Assembly (NCBI RefSeq): GCF_004010195.1
Contig: NC_057718.1
Coordinates: forward strand, 68,434,401 to 68,498,400
Length of the DNA stretch: 64,000 bases
Source of the DNA: Chiloscyllium plagiosum
Lineage: Eukaryota
Direction: 5' to 3'
How positions within the stretch are numbered: the stretch's first letter is position 1; each line of letters starts with the position of its first letter. This document shows positions 1 through 12,829 of the stretch, in pieces. The notes under the pieces were generated by a model. That model was not told the origin of the DNA and did not search any database. It saw nothing but the letters and a program-made list of their open reading frames with translations. A program made the translations under genes and the position numbers.

Positions 1-1334
1 TGAATGAAAACTGCCTCAGATCTATTTATTCAATCACTAATGTGAATCAAAGTGAAAGCTTTCATCCATTCATTTGGAAGGATTCAAACTTAAAACATAG
101 AGGGATATAACAACAACCAATTGTTTCGAAATTGAACAAGACAAAAATCCGTTTCATAAATAGTTGGATGCGTAGCTATTTCAAGGATTCCCTCTGGCTA
201 CCTCATCGTGCTCTAGGGATGTGATGATTCCAAGTGTGTTTCCAAACATCATGGGTTATGTTTCCAGTTATTTCAGCAAGTCACAAGGAATTGACAAAAC
301 AATGCTTTGTATTTATTTCTGCATGGTTTATCTGAACATAACTTCAGGGCCTTGACGTATTCTTAAAACAAAAGTAACATTTTGTTTCATTTTTTTTAAA
401 AATGAAGCTTGTCCTTCAAATTTCCTTATTTTCAATGTGAGGTTCAAAAACTAAATTTAGAAAGTGATAGAAAAATATTTAGAATCCTTTCTGTTATGTG
501 ATACAGCCTGAATATGTTTAAAAGGGCTATCTGATCAGATATCTGTAAAAGTAATTTTGTCTTTGAATGAAAATAAAAGTGCGTTGAAGACTATATATTG
601 ATAAACCTGGCAGTTAAATGTGGCAGGTGTTTGGGCGCTTTATCCACATAGGTACTTATCTACTTTCTCTACATATAATTTAGCCCAGACGTTCTGCCAT
701 AATTTATAGAATTGCTTTCTTTTTGAACTTTCAAAGTAATTAAAAACGCAGTGTTAAAATAGCTCAGTCATCCATCTAAGTTCATCTGTACAGAAATATC
801 CAATGGTTGACTGCTGCAATATCCAGTAACTCATGAGCCCCACTGACTATCCACAAGTATCTTTTTATGTCTGAAGAAGAACTTGCTGATATCTGATCTA
901 AATTTGCCTTTCATTGTTATGAGTCTATATACTTTTCTCCTATTTTCACTTTAGTTTGAAGTAATGATCTGGATCCAGCTATTCATAATGTTATTCATAC
1001 AATCTCCTTTGAATCATCTGAAATTTATGTGTTCTTCATTCTTCAAACTTCTGTTATGGCTGTTGTCTGAATAAGCTCACCCTGGATCAAAAGTACCTCC
1101 CCACGTATTAAAAGCTAGAAATAGACGTAGTTCTTATCAATTGTAGTCTAACTAGAATATTTTACAATTTAAACATGGTTTCCTCTGACCTTGAGAGTTT
1201 TGTTTTTATAGTTCAGCATTTTCTTTGATGAGATGACAACTTGGATGAACAGAAAGACATAGAAAGGGATAGAACATTCAGCCTGTTTAGCTTGCTTTGC
1301 TGTTCAGTTTGACCATGACACTGTTATCCTTTAC

Positions 1335-2110
1335 TGTGAAAGGAATTGAATTTAAAAATAAAGGATTTCTGCTTCAGTTAGATGACTGTGGTGAGATCAC
1401 AATTTGAATACGGTGTGCAGTTTCAGTCTCTTTATTTAAGAAATTGTATAAATATGTTGGAGGCAGTTCAGGGGAGGTTTATGAGATTAGAATAAGCGTG
1501 TTGTCATATGAGGAGTGGTTGGATAGGATGGGCTCCAAACTAGAGTTTAGAAGTGAAATAATTGCACAGAAGTCACTATCCCATCACCCAGTCACCCTTT
1601 ATTTACTTGTTCATAGTACACTGGCTGCGGCCAGCCAGCTCAGAATCAGTCACCTGAACTGAGGAGATTCTCATCCCCTGGTTATTTTTTTAATATCCCC
1701 TGGTTATATTAATCAGGCATGGCTGATTTGCCCAGGTTAACAAGCCCAATCAATGACCTTCTCAACAAGGTCAACCTGATTCCAATCATACAAGAAGCTA
1801 TAGGGGTGACTTGATTGAAGTATTTAGGATCCTGAACGGTCTTGGACAAGATGAATGTGGAAAGGATATTACCTTTTGCAGCTAAGCCCAGAACTAGGGA
1901 ACTTCAGGGTACAGGTTAGTCTGTTAGACGATTATATAAGTTTGCAACTCTCTGCGACAGAAGGTGGAGGTGGTAGAGCCTCTGAATATTTTGAAGACAA
2001 ACTTATATAGATTCTTGTTAGACAAGGTTTTCAGAGGTAGCTGAAAATATAGAATTTAAAACAACCATGACTTTATTGAATGGCAGAGCAGGATCAAGAA
2101 GCCAGTTGAC
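1335..2110 (+). mobile_element. Old CR1-type LINE 3' fragment interrupted by a solo LTR
   Basis: Decayed RT C-terminal sequence (EYGVQF-like, LSYEEWLDRMG) homologous to the other CR1 3' ends in the window. Confidence 0.7.
1554..1792 (-). mobile_element. Short solo LTR (239 bp)
   Basis: TG...CA termini with imperfect inverted ends (TGAAATAATTG / CAATCATACA). Exact 5-bp TSD AGAAG at 1549-1553 and 1793-1797. Minus-strand AATAAA at 1598-1603. Confidence 0.7.
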
Positions 2111-3563
2111 TTAAAGTTCACATGTTCAATATATTGTTGATCTGATTGTAGCCTCAAATTCACATTTCTGCCTACCTGCCATAACACTCAATTCTCTTGA
2201 TCAAACATTTGCCTAACTCAGACTTGAGTATATTCAATGATCTATCCTGCACTGCTTTCTGGTGAAGAGTATTTGAAAGATTAATAATCCTCTAAGAAAA
2301 TAAGTTATTTTTCATTTCTGTCTTAAAAATGAGACTCCTTATTTTGAAACTATTGTTCTGGATTCACCTGCGAGAGGAGCAACCCTTGCAAGCCCCTCAG
2401 AATCATATGTGTTGAGTAAGATCACTTCCGTTTATTCTGAATTCCAGTGAGTACACCTCAACCAGCTTAACTCTTTCACATAAGAATTTGAAGAAACAAC
2501 CCAATGAACCTTTTCTGAACTGTTTCAAATGCTAGTGTGTCCCTCCATGCATAAGGTGACCAAAGATATATTCACTATTCTCGTTTAAGTACAGTCTCAT
2601 CAATGCCATCTGCTGTTTCAGCAAAACTTCCCTGCTTTGTACTTCATTTCCCCTTAAAATAAAGACCAACAATCCCATCTGTTAGTAATTATTGCTCACA
2701 CTGAAGCTTCACAAGTTCTGAATCTGCCTTAACATAGAATTTTCCAGCGCAGTACGTGCCCCTCGGTCTTTGATGTTACGTCGACCTGTGGAACCAATCT
2801 GAAGCCTATCTATCTTTTATTCCATTTTCATCCATTAGTTTATTCAATGACCATTTAAATGCCCTTAAAGTTGGCGAGTCAACTTCTGTTGCAAGCAGTG
2901 TATTCCATGCCCCTACTACACTGAGTAAAGAAACTACCTCTGACATTTGTCCTATATCTATCACACCTCAATTAAAGCTATGTCCTCTCGTGCTAGCTAT
3001 CACTGCCTGAGGAAAAAGGCTCTCACTGTCCACCCTATCTAACCCTCTGATTATTTTCTATGTCTCAATTAAGCCACCTCTCGACCACCTTCTCTCTAAT
3101 GAAAAAAGCCTCGTCCCTCAGCCTTTCTTCGTAAGACCTTCCCTTCATACCAGGCAACACCTCAGTAAATCTCCTCTGAAACCTTTCCAAAGCTTCCATA
3201 TTCTTTCTATAATGTGGTGACCAGAACTGTACACAATATTCCAAGTGTGGCTGCAGCAGAGTTTTGTACAGCTGCAAGATTGACCTCTTGGTTCCAAAAC
3301 TCAATCCTTCTACCGATAAAAGCTAACACACAGGTTTGTTAAGAAGCCATACGTTATCAACCTTGGTGGCAACTTTCAGGAATCTGTGTACCTGGACACG
3401 AGATCTCTCTGTTCATCTACATTACCAAGAATCTTACCATTAGCACAGTACTCTGTATTCCTGTTGCTCCTTCCAAAATGAATAACCTCACACTTTTCCA
3501 CATTAAACTCCATTTGCCACCTCTCAGCTCAGCTCTGCAGCTTATCTATGTCCCTCTGTAACC

Positions 3564-4879
3564 TGTAACATTCTTCGACAATATCCACAACTCTACCAAC
3601 CTTAGTGTCTTCCGCAAATTTTACTAACCCATCCTTCTAAACCCTCATCTAGGTCATTTATAAAAATGACAAGCAATAGTCCCAAAACAAATCCTTGCGG
3701 TACACTTGTAAATGATATGTGGAACTTGTTCAAGGGGCAACTATTGAGTGTCCTTGATAATTATGTACCTGTCAGGCAGGTAGGAAAGGGTCGTGCGAGG
3801 GAGCCGTGGTTTAATAAGGAATTGGAATCCCTTGTTAAATGGAAGAGGGCGGCCTATCTCAAGATGAGACGTGAAGGTTCAATTGGGGCGATTGAGAGTT
3901 ATAGGGTAGCCAGGAAGGACCTGAAGAGAGAGCTAAAAGCAGCAAGGAGGGGACATGAAAGGTCCTTAGTAGATAGGATTAGGGAAAACCCTAAGGCTTT
4001 CTATAGGTATGTTAGGAATAAAAGAATGACTAGGGTAGGAATAGGTCCAGTCAAGGATAGTAGTGGGAAGTTGCGTGTGGAGGCGGAAGAGATTGGGGAG
4101 ACACTGAATGAATACTTTTCTTCAGTATTTACTCAGGAACAGGGCATTGTCGTCGATGTGAATACTGAGTCACAAATAAGTAGAATGGATGGCTCTGAGG
4201 TATGTAGAGAAGAGGTGTTGGAAATCCTGGAAAAGGTGAAAATAGATAAGTCCCCTGGGCCTGATGGCATTTATCCTAGGATTCTCTGCGAAGCAAGGGA
4301 GGAGATTGCAGAGCCATTGGCCTTGATTTTTATGTCCTCTTTGTCTACAGGAGTAGTCCCAGAAGACTGGAGGATAGCAAATGTGGTACCCTTGTTCAAA
4401 AAGGGGAGTAGGGATAACCCTAATAACTATAGGCCGGTGAGTCTCACTTCTGTTGTGGGCAAAGTCTTAGAGAGAATTGTAAGGGATAGGATTTATGCAC
4501 ATCTGGATAGGAATAATGTGATCAAGGATAGTCAGCATGGTTTTGTGAAGGGCAAGTCGTGCCTCACAAACCTTATTGAATTCTTTGAAAAGGTGACGAA
4601 GGAGGTTGATGAGGGGAAAGCGGTAGATGTGGTATATATGGATTTTAGTAAGGCGTTCGATAAGGTTCCCCATGGTAGGCTACTGCAGAAAATACGGAGA
4701 TATGGCATTGAGGATGAGTTGGAGGTTTGGATTAGGTGTAACATTCTTCGACAATATCCACAACTCTACCAACCTTAGTGTCTTCCGCAAATTTTACTAA
4801 CCCATCCTTCTAAACCCTGATCTAGGTCATTTATAAAAATGACAAGCAATAGTCCCAAAACAAATCCTTGCGGTACACT
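3564..4879. repeat. 143-bp direct duplication (3564-3706 and 4737-4879)
   Basis: Both copies run tgtaacattcttcg...gcggtacact and differ at one base (ccctCatc vs ccctGatc). Confidence 0.95.
3707..4736 (+). mobile_element. Internal 1030-bp fragment of a young CR1 ORF2 (RT N-terminal part) with neither element end
   Basis: Stop-free reading frame with KSPGPDGIYPR, NYRPVSLTSVVGK, QHGFVKGKSC and DFSKAFDKVPH. Bounded by a 143-bp duplication of the host element. Confidence 0.93.
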
Positions 4880-7066
4880 ACTAGTAACTGAACTCCAGGG
4901 TGAGCGTTTCCCATCAAACACTACCCTCTGTCTTCTTTCAGCTAGCTAATTTCTGGTCCAAACCGCTAAATCACTCTTAATCCCACCCCTCTTTATTTTG
5001 TGCAATAGCCTACCTGGTGGAGCCTTATCAAACACGTTACTGAGATCTACAATTACCACAGCAACTGCTTTACCCTCATCCACCTGTTTGGTCACCATCT
5101 CAAAGAACTCAATAAGTTTGTGAGACACAATCTATCTTTCACAAAACTGTGTTGACTATCCCTTTAACATATTCCTTTCTAAATGATTATAAATCCTATC
5201 TCTTATAACCTTTTCCAACATTTTACCCACAACCGAAGTAAGGCTCACTGGTCTATAATTACCAGGGTTGTCTCTACTCACCTTCTTGAACAAGGGGACA
5301 ACATTTGCTATGCTCCTGTCTTCTCGCACTATTCCTGTAGGCAATGACGACATAAAGGATCAAAGCGAAAGGCTCTGCCGTCTCCTCCCTGGCTTCCTAG
5401 AAAATCCTAGGATAAATCCCGTCCGGCCCAGGGATCTTATCTACTTTCTCACTTCCCAGAATTGCTAACACCTCCTCCTTGTAAACCTCAATCCTGTCTG
5501 GTCTAGTAGCCTGTATCTCCATATTCTCCTCAACAACATTGTCTTTTTACAGTATGAATATTGATGAAAAATGTTCATTTAGCACTTCCCTTAGCTTTTC
5601 AGACTCCATGCACAACTTTCCACTACTATCCTTGATTGGTCCTAATTTTTCTCTAGTCATTCTTTTATTCCTGATATACCTATAGAAAGCTTTCGGGTTT
5701 GACTTGATCATATCTGCCAACGACTTCTCATGTCCCCACCTGGCTTTTCTTAGCTCTCTCTCTTTAGGACTTTCCTGGCTAACTTGTAACTTTCAAGCAC
5801 CTAACTGAGCCTGCATGTGTCATCCTAACGTCTTCCTCCTTACTCTTGACAAGAGATTCAGCTTCTGTAGTAAACTATTGCATCTTCGCTTGACCATTTT
5901 CCCCCCCTGCCTGACAGGTACATACTTATCAAGGACACGCAGTAACTGTTCCTTGAATAAGCTGCACATTTCAACTGTGCCCATCCCTTGTAGTTTCCTT
6001 TGCCATTTGATGCATACTATATCTTGTGTAATCGCATCATAATTCTTTCCCCCAGCTATAACTCTTGCTCTATGGTATATACCTATCCCTTTCCAAAACT
6101 AAAGTAAACATAACCAAATTGTGCTCACTGTCACAAAGTGCTCACCTACCTCCAAATCTAACATCTGACCAGGTTCATTACCCAGTACCAAAACCAATGT
6201 ACCTCGCCTCTTGTTGGTTTGCCTACATGCTGTGTCAGGAAACTATCCTGCACACATTACAAAAACTGACCCATCTAAAGTACTCAAACTATAGTATTTC
6301 CAGTCAATATTTAGTCCCCCATAACAATTACCCTGCTACTCTCGTCCTATCCAGAATCACCTTTGCTATCCTTTTTCTCTAGATCAATTTCCTCTGGAAC
6401 TATTCGGAGGCCTATAGAAAACTCCCAAAACTGTAACCACCTTTCCTGTGTCTAACCTCGGTCAATACTCCCTCAGTAGACGAGTCCTCAAACATCCTTT
6501 CTGCCACCCTAATACTGTCCTTGACTAACAATGCCACACATCCCTCTCTTTTACCATCTTCTGTGTTCTTACTGAAACATCTAAATCCTGGAACCTGCAA
6601 CAACCATTCCTGACCCTGCTCTATCCATGTTTCCGAAATGGCCACAACATCCAAGACCCAGGTACCAACCCATGCTGCAAGTTCACTTTAACTTCATTCT
6701 TAACTTTCAAGAACATTTTCTAAATGATGGTTTGTATCCCAACCATTGAAGAGACAATAGTATTAAATTAAATGCCCTATGGGTTTGGATGCAAGATGTA
6801 GAAAATTGATTAAATATGACAATTCTAGTATCGTTGAGCAGAGATCAGATTACAGATACTATGCTCTAAACCTGGATGTCGGAAACCCATTTTCCATTTT
6901 GGCATTAGTGTTAGAGAAGGCAGCCAAGATTGCTCTCCACAGGGTAAAGTGATCAATATTGTGATTATCAACCACCAGCATCATAGATTTGAATCATTTT
7001 GTTTGTAAAAGTTTCATTCTTGTGAAATTTGTACCAGACTAAGATGTTGGGAATACTTCCTTATAG

Positions 7067-7147
7067 CTTAAAAATGTGTTGCTGGAAAAGTGCAGCAGGC
7101 CAGGCAGCATCAAAGGAACAGGAGAATCGACGTTTCTGGCATCAGGG
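7067..7147 (-). mobile_element. Truncated Penelope-like terminal repeat (pLTR)
   Basis: aaaatgtgttgctggaaaagtgcagcaggccaggcagcatc...gaatcgacgtttc, same family as 58670-58770. Confidence 0.8.
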
Positions 7148-8422
7148 CGTCTTCCTTATAGTTGGGCGAAGGAGCAAGTGTTTAGAGTTTGAAGAGATAC
7201 TGATCAAAATGATTGTTATCTTGGACATGTTTGTTTCTTGTTGAAGCTTTGTCATAATAGTAATGCTTGATTTCAACATGCAATCCAAGAACCAGCAACA
7301 TCTGAAATCTGCTATGGCCCTGGTCCTTAGGCTGCCAGATTTTAGAGAAAGTACCTTCATTATAATGTAATTTTTTTTCCCCAGAGTATCTAATCAGTTT
7401 CTTCCAGTGCTCACTTTTTGTAATTATTTTGACATTAGTAAGATCTAGTTGGCTAGTTCAATGCATTTCCTAAGAGCCCAAGATATTCATATGCTGCAAG
7501 TGGACACTCAGTCTCTCTCGGTTGAGGCCAGAAAATACTTGTTTGTTTTAATGGTTTCTCATAGTCAGCTCTTGTAACTCTTCCTCTCTACTCCTCTCCC
7601 TCTTCCCTCTCTGCCTCCCCTCACTCTCCCCTGGCCTTTCTCCCCCTCACCCCTGCCCACCTCGCCCCCCGCAACAGACCATAGTATCCTCCAAATAAAC
7701 AAAGCTGATTTTAAGAGTTGTAAACAAAGTCAGACACAAGCAATTGGATTGCAGCCAAAATCCCATGAAAAACCCTAAGCAAGCCAGCAAACTTCACAAT
7801 CCATTAAAGCAATAGAAAATAATTAAATATTCACACATTGTTCTCATCCTGGGCTACCATTTCAATATTATGAATTGTACTTTAGTGGCTTATGTATTAG
7901 ATAAACATTTTTAACTTGCCAGAAAGCTTTTCCAAATTCATAATTTTGACTTTTTTGACATCACCAGTTGGGATACGTAACTATTTGGGGAACACATTGG
8001 ACATTGGTTAAGGACATTCTTGCCTTAAAGAATGTGATCCCCTTTTAACACAAAAACCAACATTTAGTATACAATTATTGAAGTTTGTATTATAGGTCAA
8101 GGTACATCATATAAATGCAAAAAAAATGTATTTTTGAAGCTCTTCTTCCCAAACCTGCGGTCTACTGACAATCCCTTATTAAATCCACCTTCCTCTCAAT
8201 GTCTCTTATCATGTTGTGTTCAAACATTTGTAATGCAACTATTCACACCTCACATGGACACATCTATTTCTTTATTATACTAACTACCAATCCTTTTGTT
8301 TTTTTCAAATTATATTAATCTCTCCTGCCCTGCATCTGACCACAGACCTTCACTGACCTACTGAGTATTTCTAGCATTTTCTGTATAAATGTGTCATTGC
8401 ATGGTACTATGGATGAATTTCC

Positions 8423-8518
8423 TCATTCCTGAAGAAGGGCTCATGCCCGAAACGTCGATTCTCCTGCTCCTTGGATGCTGCTTGACCTGCTGCACTTTTC
8501 CAGCAACACATTTTCAAC
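8423..8518 (+). mobile_element. Penelope-like pLTR mini-insertion with a long TSD
   Basis: Same family as the pLTR attached to the GIY-YIG fragments. actatggatgaatt is duplicated at 8406-8419 and 8517-8530. Confidence 0.85.
8425..8460 (+). ncRNA. Minimal hammerhead ribozyme-like motif
   Basis: AUUC CUGAAGA A GGGC-ucau-GCCC GAA ACGU C GAUU. Confidence 0.7.
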
Positions 8519-9644
8519 TATGGATGAATTCCCAATTTCCTCATTTACCCAGATACGTCAATGAATATGAGTGGGAGGAGCCTCAAGTGCAGCAAAAAAT
8601 GCTGGCATAGAACTGAGTGGCCTGTTTCTGTATTATACCTTCTATGTCCAGTAGTTGTATGCCACTTTCTGATGTGAATGTGGTCTATAAACTTTATTGC
8701 TTTCATTAATTGCAATTCAGGTGCCATTTGCCAACTATGTCATGGTTCACTGCTTCTTATCTTTGCCTTGTTCTAAACCCTCCTGCCCTGAATTACATCT
8801 TTCCTATTTTTGCTCCTTTTACTCTCCATCCTAGGTCTTACTGGGCGTCCAGCATCTTTCAGTTTATACCAGGATTTTCTTTGCAAAATTTAAGTTTAAT
8901 TTGACTGCTTTAAAATAACTCGTGAGATTTGATCAGTATACAGGATTACTTGGAAGTGGAGAAAACAAATCTAAGAAATAAAGCAGATACTTAATAGTGA
9001 AAGAAATTTTAGACAAAGAAGTAAATTGATATCTTAGTTACTTTTTTCTCTCTCTGAACGTCACTGTCCAGATGCCAAGTCTGTTGCAGATACAAAACAT
9101 TTTAAACTTTCTGAATGCTTTTCAACTGCCATTGCTTTCTCTTGCACATTCTCCTCAATTTTCTTTCTTCCTCCTTCACCTTTTTGTGTTCCTCCCCAGG
9201 TTTTTACTTCATAGATTGTTGCAAGACTCCCCTCATAATGGCTATGTTGTGCAGCATATTGATACAGATATCAGTATTTATTGAGCTGAATACTGCAGCG
9301 CTCCTCTAGTGTGGTACAGGTAGTGGAAGCATTGTTTGTCTGTTCTCCTTGTATTCCATATTGGAGCCCTGAACCATGGTGTTAACATTGGTTGGTAGCC
9401 AACCTTCGATCTGCAGTGCTAGGTTAAATCAGATGGAACAGCGCCCAGAGCAATGCATGGGCTGCGAGTCTTGGAGTAGCCCGAGGGCAGCGAGAACTGG
9501 CTGGAGACCGGTGCGGGGAGGCAGTCATGGAATTTACCTTGGAGCAGCTGAATGCTCTTACAGAGCAAACTGGAGGCTTGAAGCGAATGGGGATGGCTGT
9601 TGGACAATTGCTATCAGAAGCCAGAAGAAATAATCCAGGACCTA

Positions 9645-11870
9645 ATGGAGTCATGGAGACCTACAGCACAGGAAAAGGCCCTTCATGTCTACACCAGTCA
9701 AAAACAACCGCCTAACTATTCCACTTGGCCCATAGCATTGTATGCCTTGGCATTACAAGTGTGCATCTCAATACATCTTTAATGTAGGTTTCTTCCACTA
9801 CCCCCCTTACAGTGAGTTTCAGATTTCCACCACCCTCTGGGTGAAAACACTTTTTCTCACATCTCCTCTAAACCTTCTGCCCCTTATCTATGTCCCTTAG
9901 TTATTAATCCTTCCATCAAGGGGATAAATGTCTTCCTGCCTACCCTCGACATGCCCCTCATAATTTTCTAAATCTCAATTGTGTCCTCCTTCAATCTCCT
10001 TTGCTTGAAGAAAAACTACCTCAGACTGCCCAATATCTCTTAATAACTGAAGCTCTCCAGCCCAGTTAACATCCAGGAAAATCTCCCTTGCACTTTCTAC
10101 AGTACTATCACATCCTTCATATAAGTGGATTCCAGAGCTGCACGCAGTATTCTAACTGTAGCCAACTAATGTTTCATACAGTTCGAGCATAACCATCCTG
10201 CCCCTAAACTCTGTGCTTCAGCAAGGCAGCTATCTCATATGCCTTCCTACCCACTTCATCCATTGTGCTGATACCTTAAGGGATCAGTGTATATCATGCC
10301 TTGGTCTCACGGAGCCTTTGTGCTTCCCAGGCTCCTACCAGTCATCATGTATTCCCTTGCCTTGATTGTCTTGCTCGAGTACATCACCTTACATTTATGT
10401 GGGTTGTATTCCATTGCTGCTGATCAGCCTGTCTGTATCATTCTGTAATCCAAGGTTATTCTCCTCTCCCTTTATCACTCTGCCAATTTTTGTAGTATAC
10501 CCAAACTCAGCAATTGTGGATCCAATTCACCAAATTTCCTTGGATTCCATGGGCCCTTTTTGCTATCAGTCTCTCTTATGGGACCTTGTTAAAAGTCTTG
10601 CTGAAGTCCAAGTAGATGACCTCAAAAGCATTGCCCTCATCTACACACCTCATCACCTCTGAAAAATTCAATCAAGTTGGTTAGACATCACCTCCCCTTA
10701 ACAAAACTGTGCTGACTATTCTTAATTAATGCTTGTCTCTCCAAATGTAGATTAATCCTACCTCTCAGAATTGCTTCCAATCGTTTCCGCACCACAGAGG
10801 TTATGTTGACTGGCCTGTAGTTTCCTGGTTTATCCCTGCTCTATTCACGAAATGGAACTACGTCGGCTGTCCTCCAATTCTCTGGCACCTCTCCTGCAAT
10901 CCAAGAGGAATTGAAAATTTTTCCAAGCACCCTTTCTCTTTCCTCCCTCAACAATTTGGGATATGCTTAATTTGGCCCTGGAAGTTGTATCTACTTTTAT
11001 GCCTGCCAGATAACTCAGAACCTTCCTTCTATCTATGCTAATTTATTTAATGGTATCACAGACCTTCACCCCCTCACTAATGAACTCCAACACAGTATTA
11101 ACATAGAACCCTACTTACATCCTCTGGCTCAGCATAGAAATTATTGCTGTGGTCCTTAATGGGCCCTGCTTATTCCCTCGTTATCCTTTTGTCTGTAATG
11201 AAAAAAAACTTAATTTTCCTTTATTTCACTTGCCAGTATATCCCCAATTAGTTCTCCTAACTTCATTAAGTTCCCTCTTGCACATTCTGTACTCCTGTTG
11301 GGCTTCTCTTGTCCTGAGGCCTTGTTATCTGCCATAAGTCTCCCTTTTTCTTTTAATCCCTGTAGATCCTATGAAATCCAGCATTCACAAGATTTGATTC
11401 TCCCACCTTTTCTCTTTATTGGAACAAGTTGACCCTGTACTCTCCATATTTCCTTCTTGATTTCATCCCACTGTTCTGAGACAAATTTACCTGAAAGAAG
11501 GTGCTTCTGTTCCTCTCTTGTCAAATCATATCAGATCTCCTTTAGATTAGCCTTCATCCAGTTTAGAATTGATTTCAGGCTCATTCTTGTCCTTTTCCAT
11601 AACAATCTTGAGTCTAATGGAGATACAATTGCTGTTTGCAAAATATATTGACCACTTACCCAGCTTCGTAAACTAAGATTAAATCCAGGACTATGCCTCC
11701 GCCTTTTATGTATTGGCTTAAAAAAAACTGCCCTCGATGCATTTTAAGAATTCTGCTCACTCTAAATCTTTCATACAAAGACCACCTCAGTTAACATTGG
11801 GAAGTTGAAATCTGCTAGTATCACTACCCTATTACCTTTACACTTTTCTGAATCTATATATTCTTCATGA
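9645..11870 (-). mobile_element. Diverged CR1-type LINE with internal deletions
   Basis: Decayed 3' tail, RT and APE segments homologous to 2731-6700. Confidence 0.8.
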
Positions 11871-12156
11871 TCACTGAAGAACCTTCCACAGGATTATTTA
11901 AAAACTATTTAATGTGTCTAGCTGTTTGAGATTATGTTCTTACCTGTGCATTTACTTATGGTATCCCGCAAGACTCCATCCTCAGGCCATTTCTGTTCTG
12001 CATTTTCAGCCTAATCCTTAGCAGCATCAACAGTTTCCAGGTGCATACTGCCAACATCCAGCTTCATTGTTGTTTTCTTGACTCCTCCACAGTGTCTACG
12101 TTATCAGGTTGCTAGTCTCAGTCTCAGAACTAGGTGCACAGAAATTCCTTGTAATT

Positions 12157-12190
12157 ACACTGTAATGTAATCTAATCTAACCTAATCTAA
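12157..12190 (+). repeat. Isolated HE1/CR1 3' tail (acactgtaatgtaa followed by TCTAA repeats)
   Basis: Matches the 3' ends of the full HE1 copies in this window. Confidence 0.65.
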
Positions 12191-12480
12191 ATGTTACAAA
12201 CTGCAAGTGTATTTTCTGGGTCTTTTGAGACCGATCCCATTCCGTGGCCATTGTTGAATAATGGAAAATTTACAGCACAGGTAGAGGTCAATTGCCAGTC
12301 ATGTCTCTGCAAGTCAGGAAATAATCAACTTTCTTTCTTTCCGGCATTTGGACCACATCCTTGACAGTTACAGCATTTGAGATGCATATCCAACACTTTT
12401 TAAATGATTTGAAACTTCCCATCTCTGCTCCTATTTCAGACAGTTCTAGATCACTAACACCCTCTGGGTGAAAATAATCT

Positions 12481-12790
12481 TCATAGAGTCATAGAGATGT
12501 ACAACACAGAAACAGATCCTTCGGTTCAACTTGTCCATGCTGGCCAGATATCCTAAATTAATCTATTCCCATTTGCCACCACTTGGCCCATTTCCCTCTA
12601 AACTCTTTCTATTCATATATCCATCTAGATACCTTTTAAATATTGTAATTGTACCAGCCTCCATCACTTCCCCTGGCAACTCATTCCACACGTGCACCAC
12701 CCTCTGCCTGAAAAGGTTGCCCCTTTGGTCTCTCTTAAATCTTTCCCCTCTCGCTGTAAACCTATGCCCTCGAGTTCTGGACTCCACCAC
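12481..12790 (-). mobile_element. CR1 3'-end fragment
   Basis: ORF ESRTRGHRF...FFRQRVVHVWNELP-like C-terminus; tcatagag tail repeat. Confidence 0.85.
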
Positions 12791-12829
12791 CGCTCTAATC
12801 TTTTACCAATCACTTCAAATCTAATCACT

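Larger units (their letters stand above)
2731..6700 (-). mobile_element. CR1/HER1-type LINE, ORF2 (APE endonuclease to RT C-terminus), frameshifted
   Basis: Minus-strand ORF pieces: MDVVAISETW (APE), NYRPVSLTSVVGK (RT), LYKTLLQPHLEYCVQFWSPHY. 3' tail near 2731. Confidence 0.92.

Noticed and set aside
3666..4778. 370-aa ORF as a host or domesticated RT gene, or a bacterial retron/DGR-type RT
   Set aside because: It is a CR1 ORF2 fragment that ends before the catalytic FADD motif. Its start and stop come from the flanking duplicated antisense CR1 sequence.
7580..7672. C/T-rich tract as a regulatory G-quadruplex
   Set aside because: Simple low-complexity sequence with no other support.
9290..9640. 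GC-richer patch with several overlapping short ORFs
   Set aside because: No recognisable protein motif, splice pair or repeat identity, so left unassigned.
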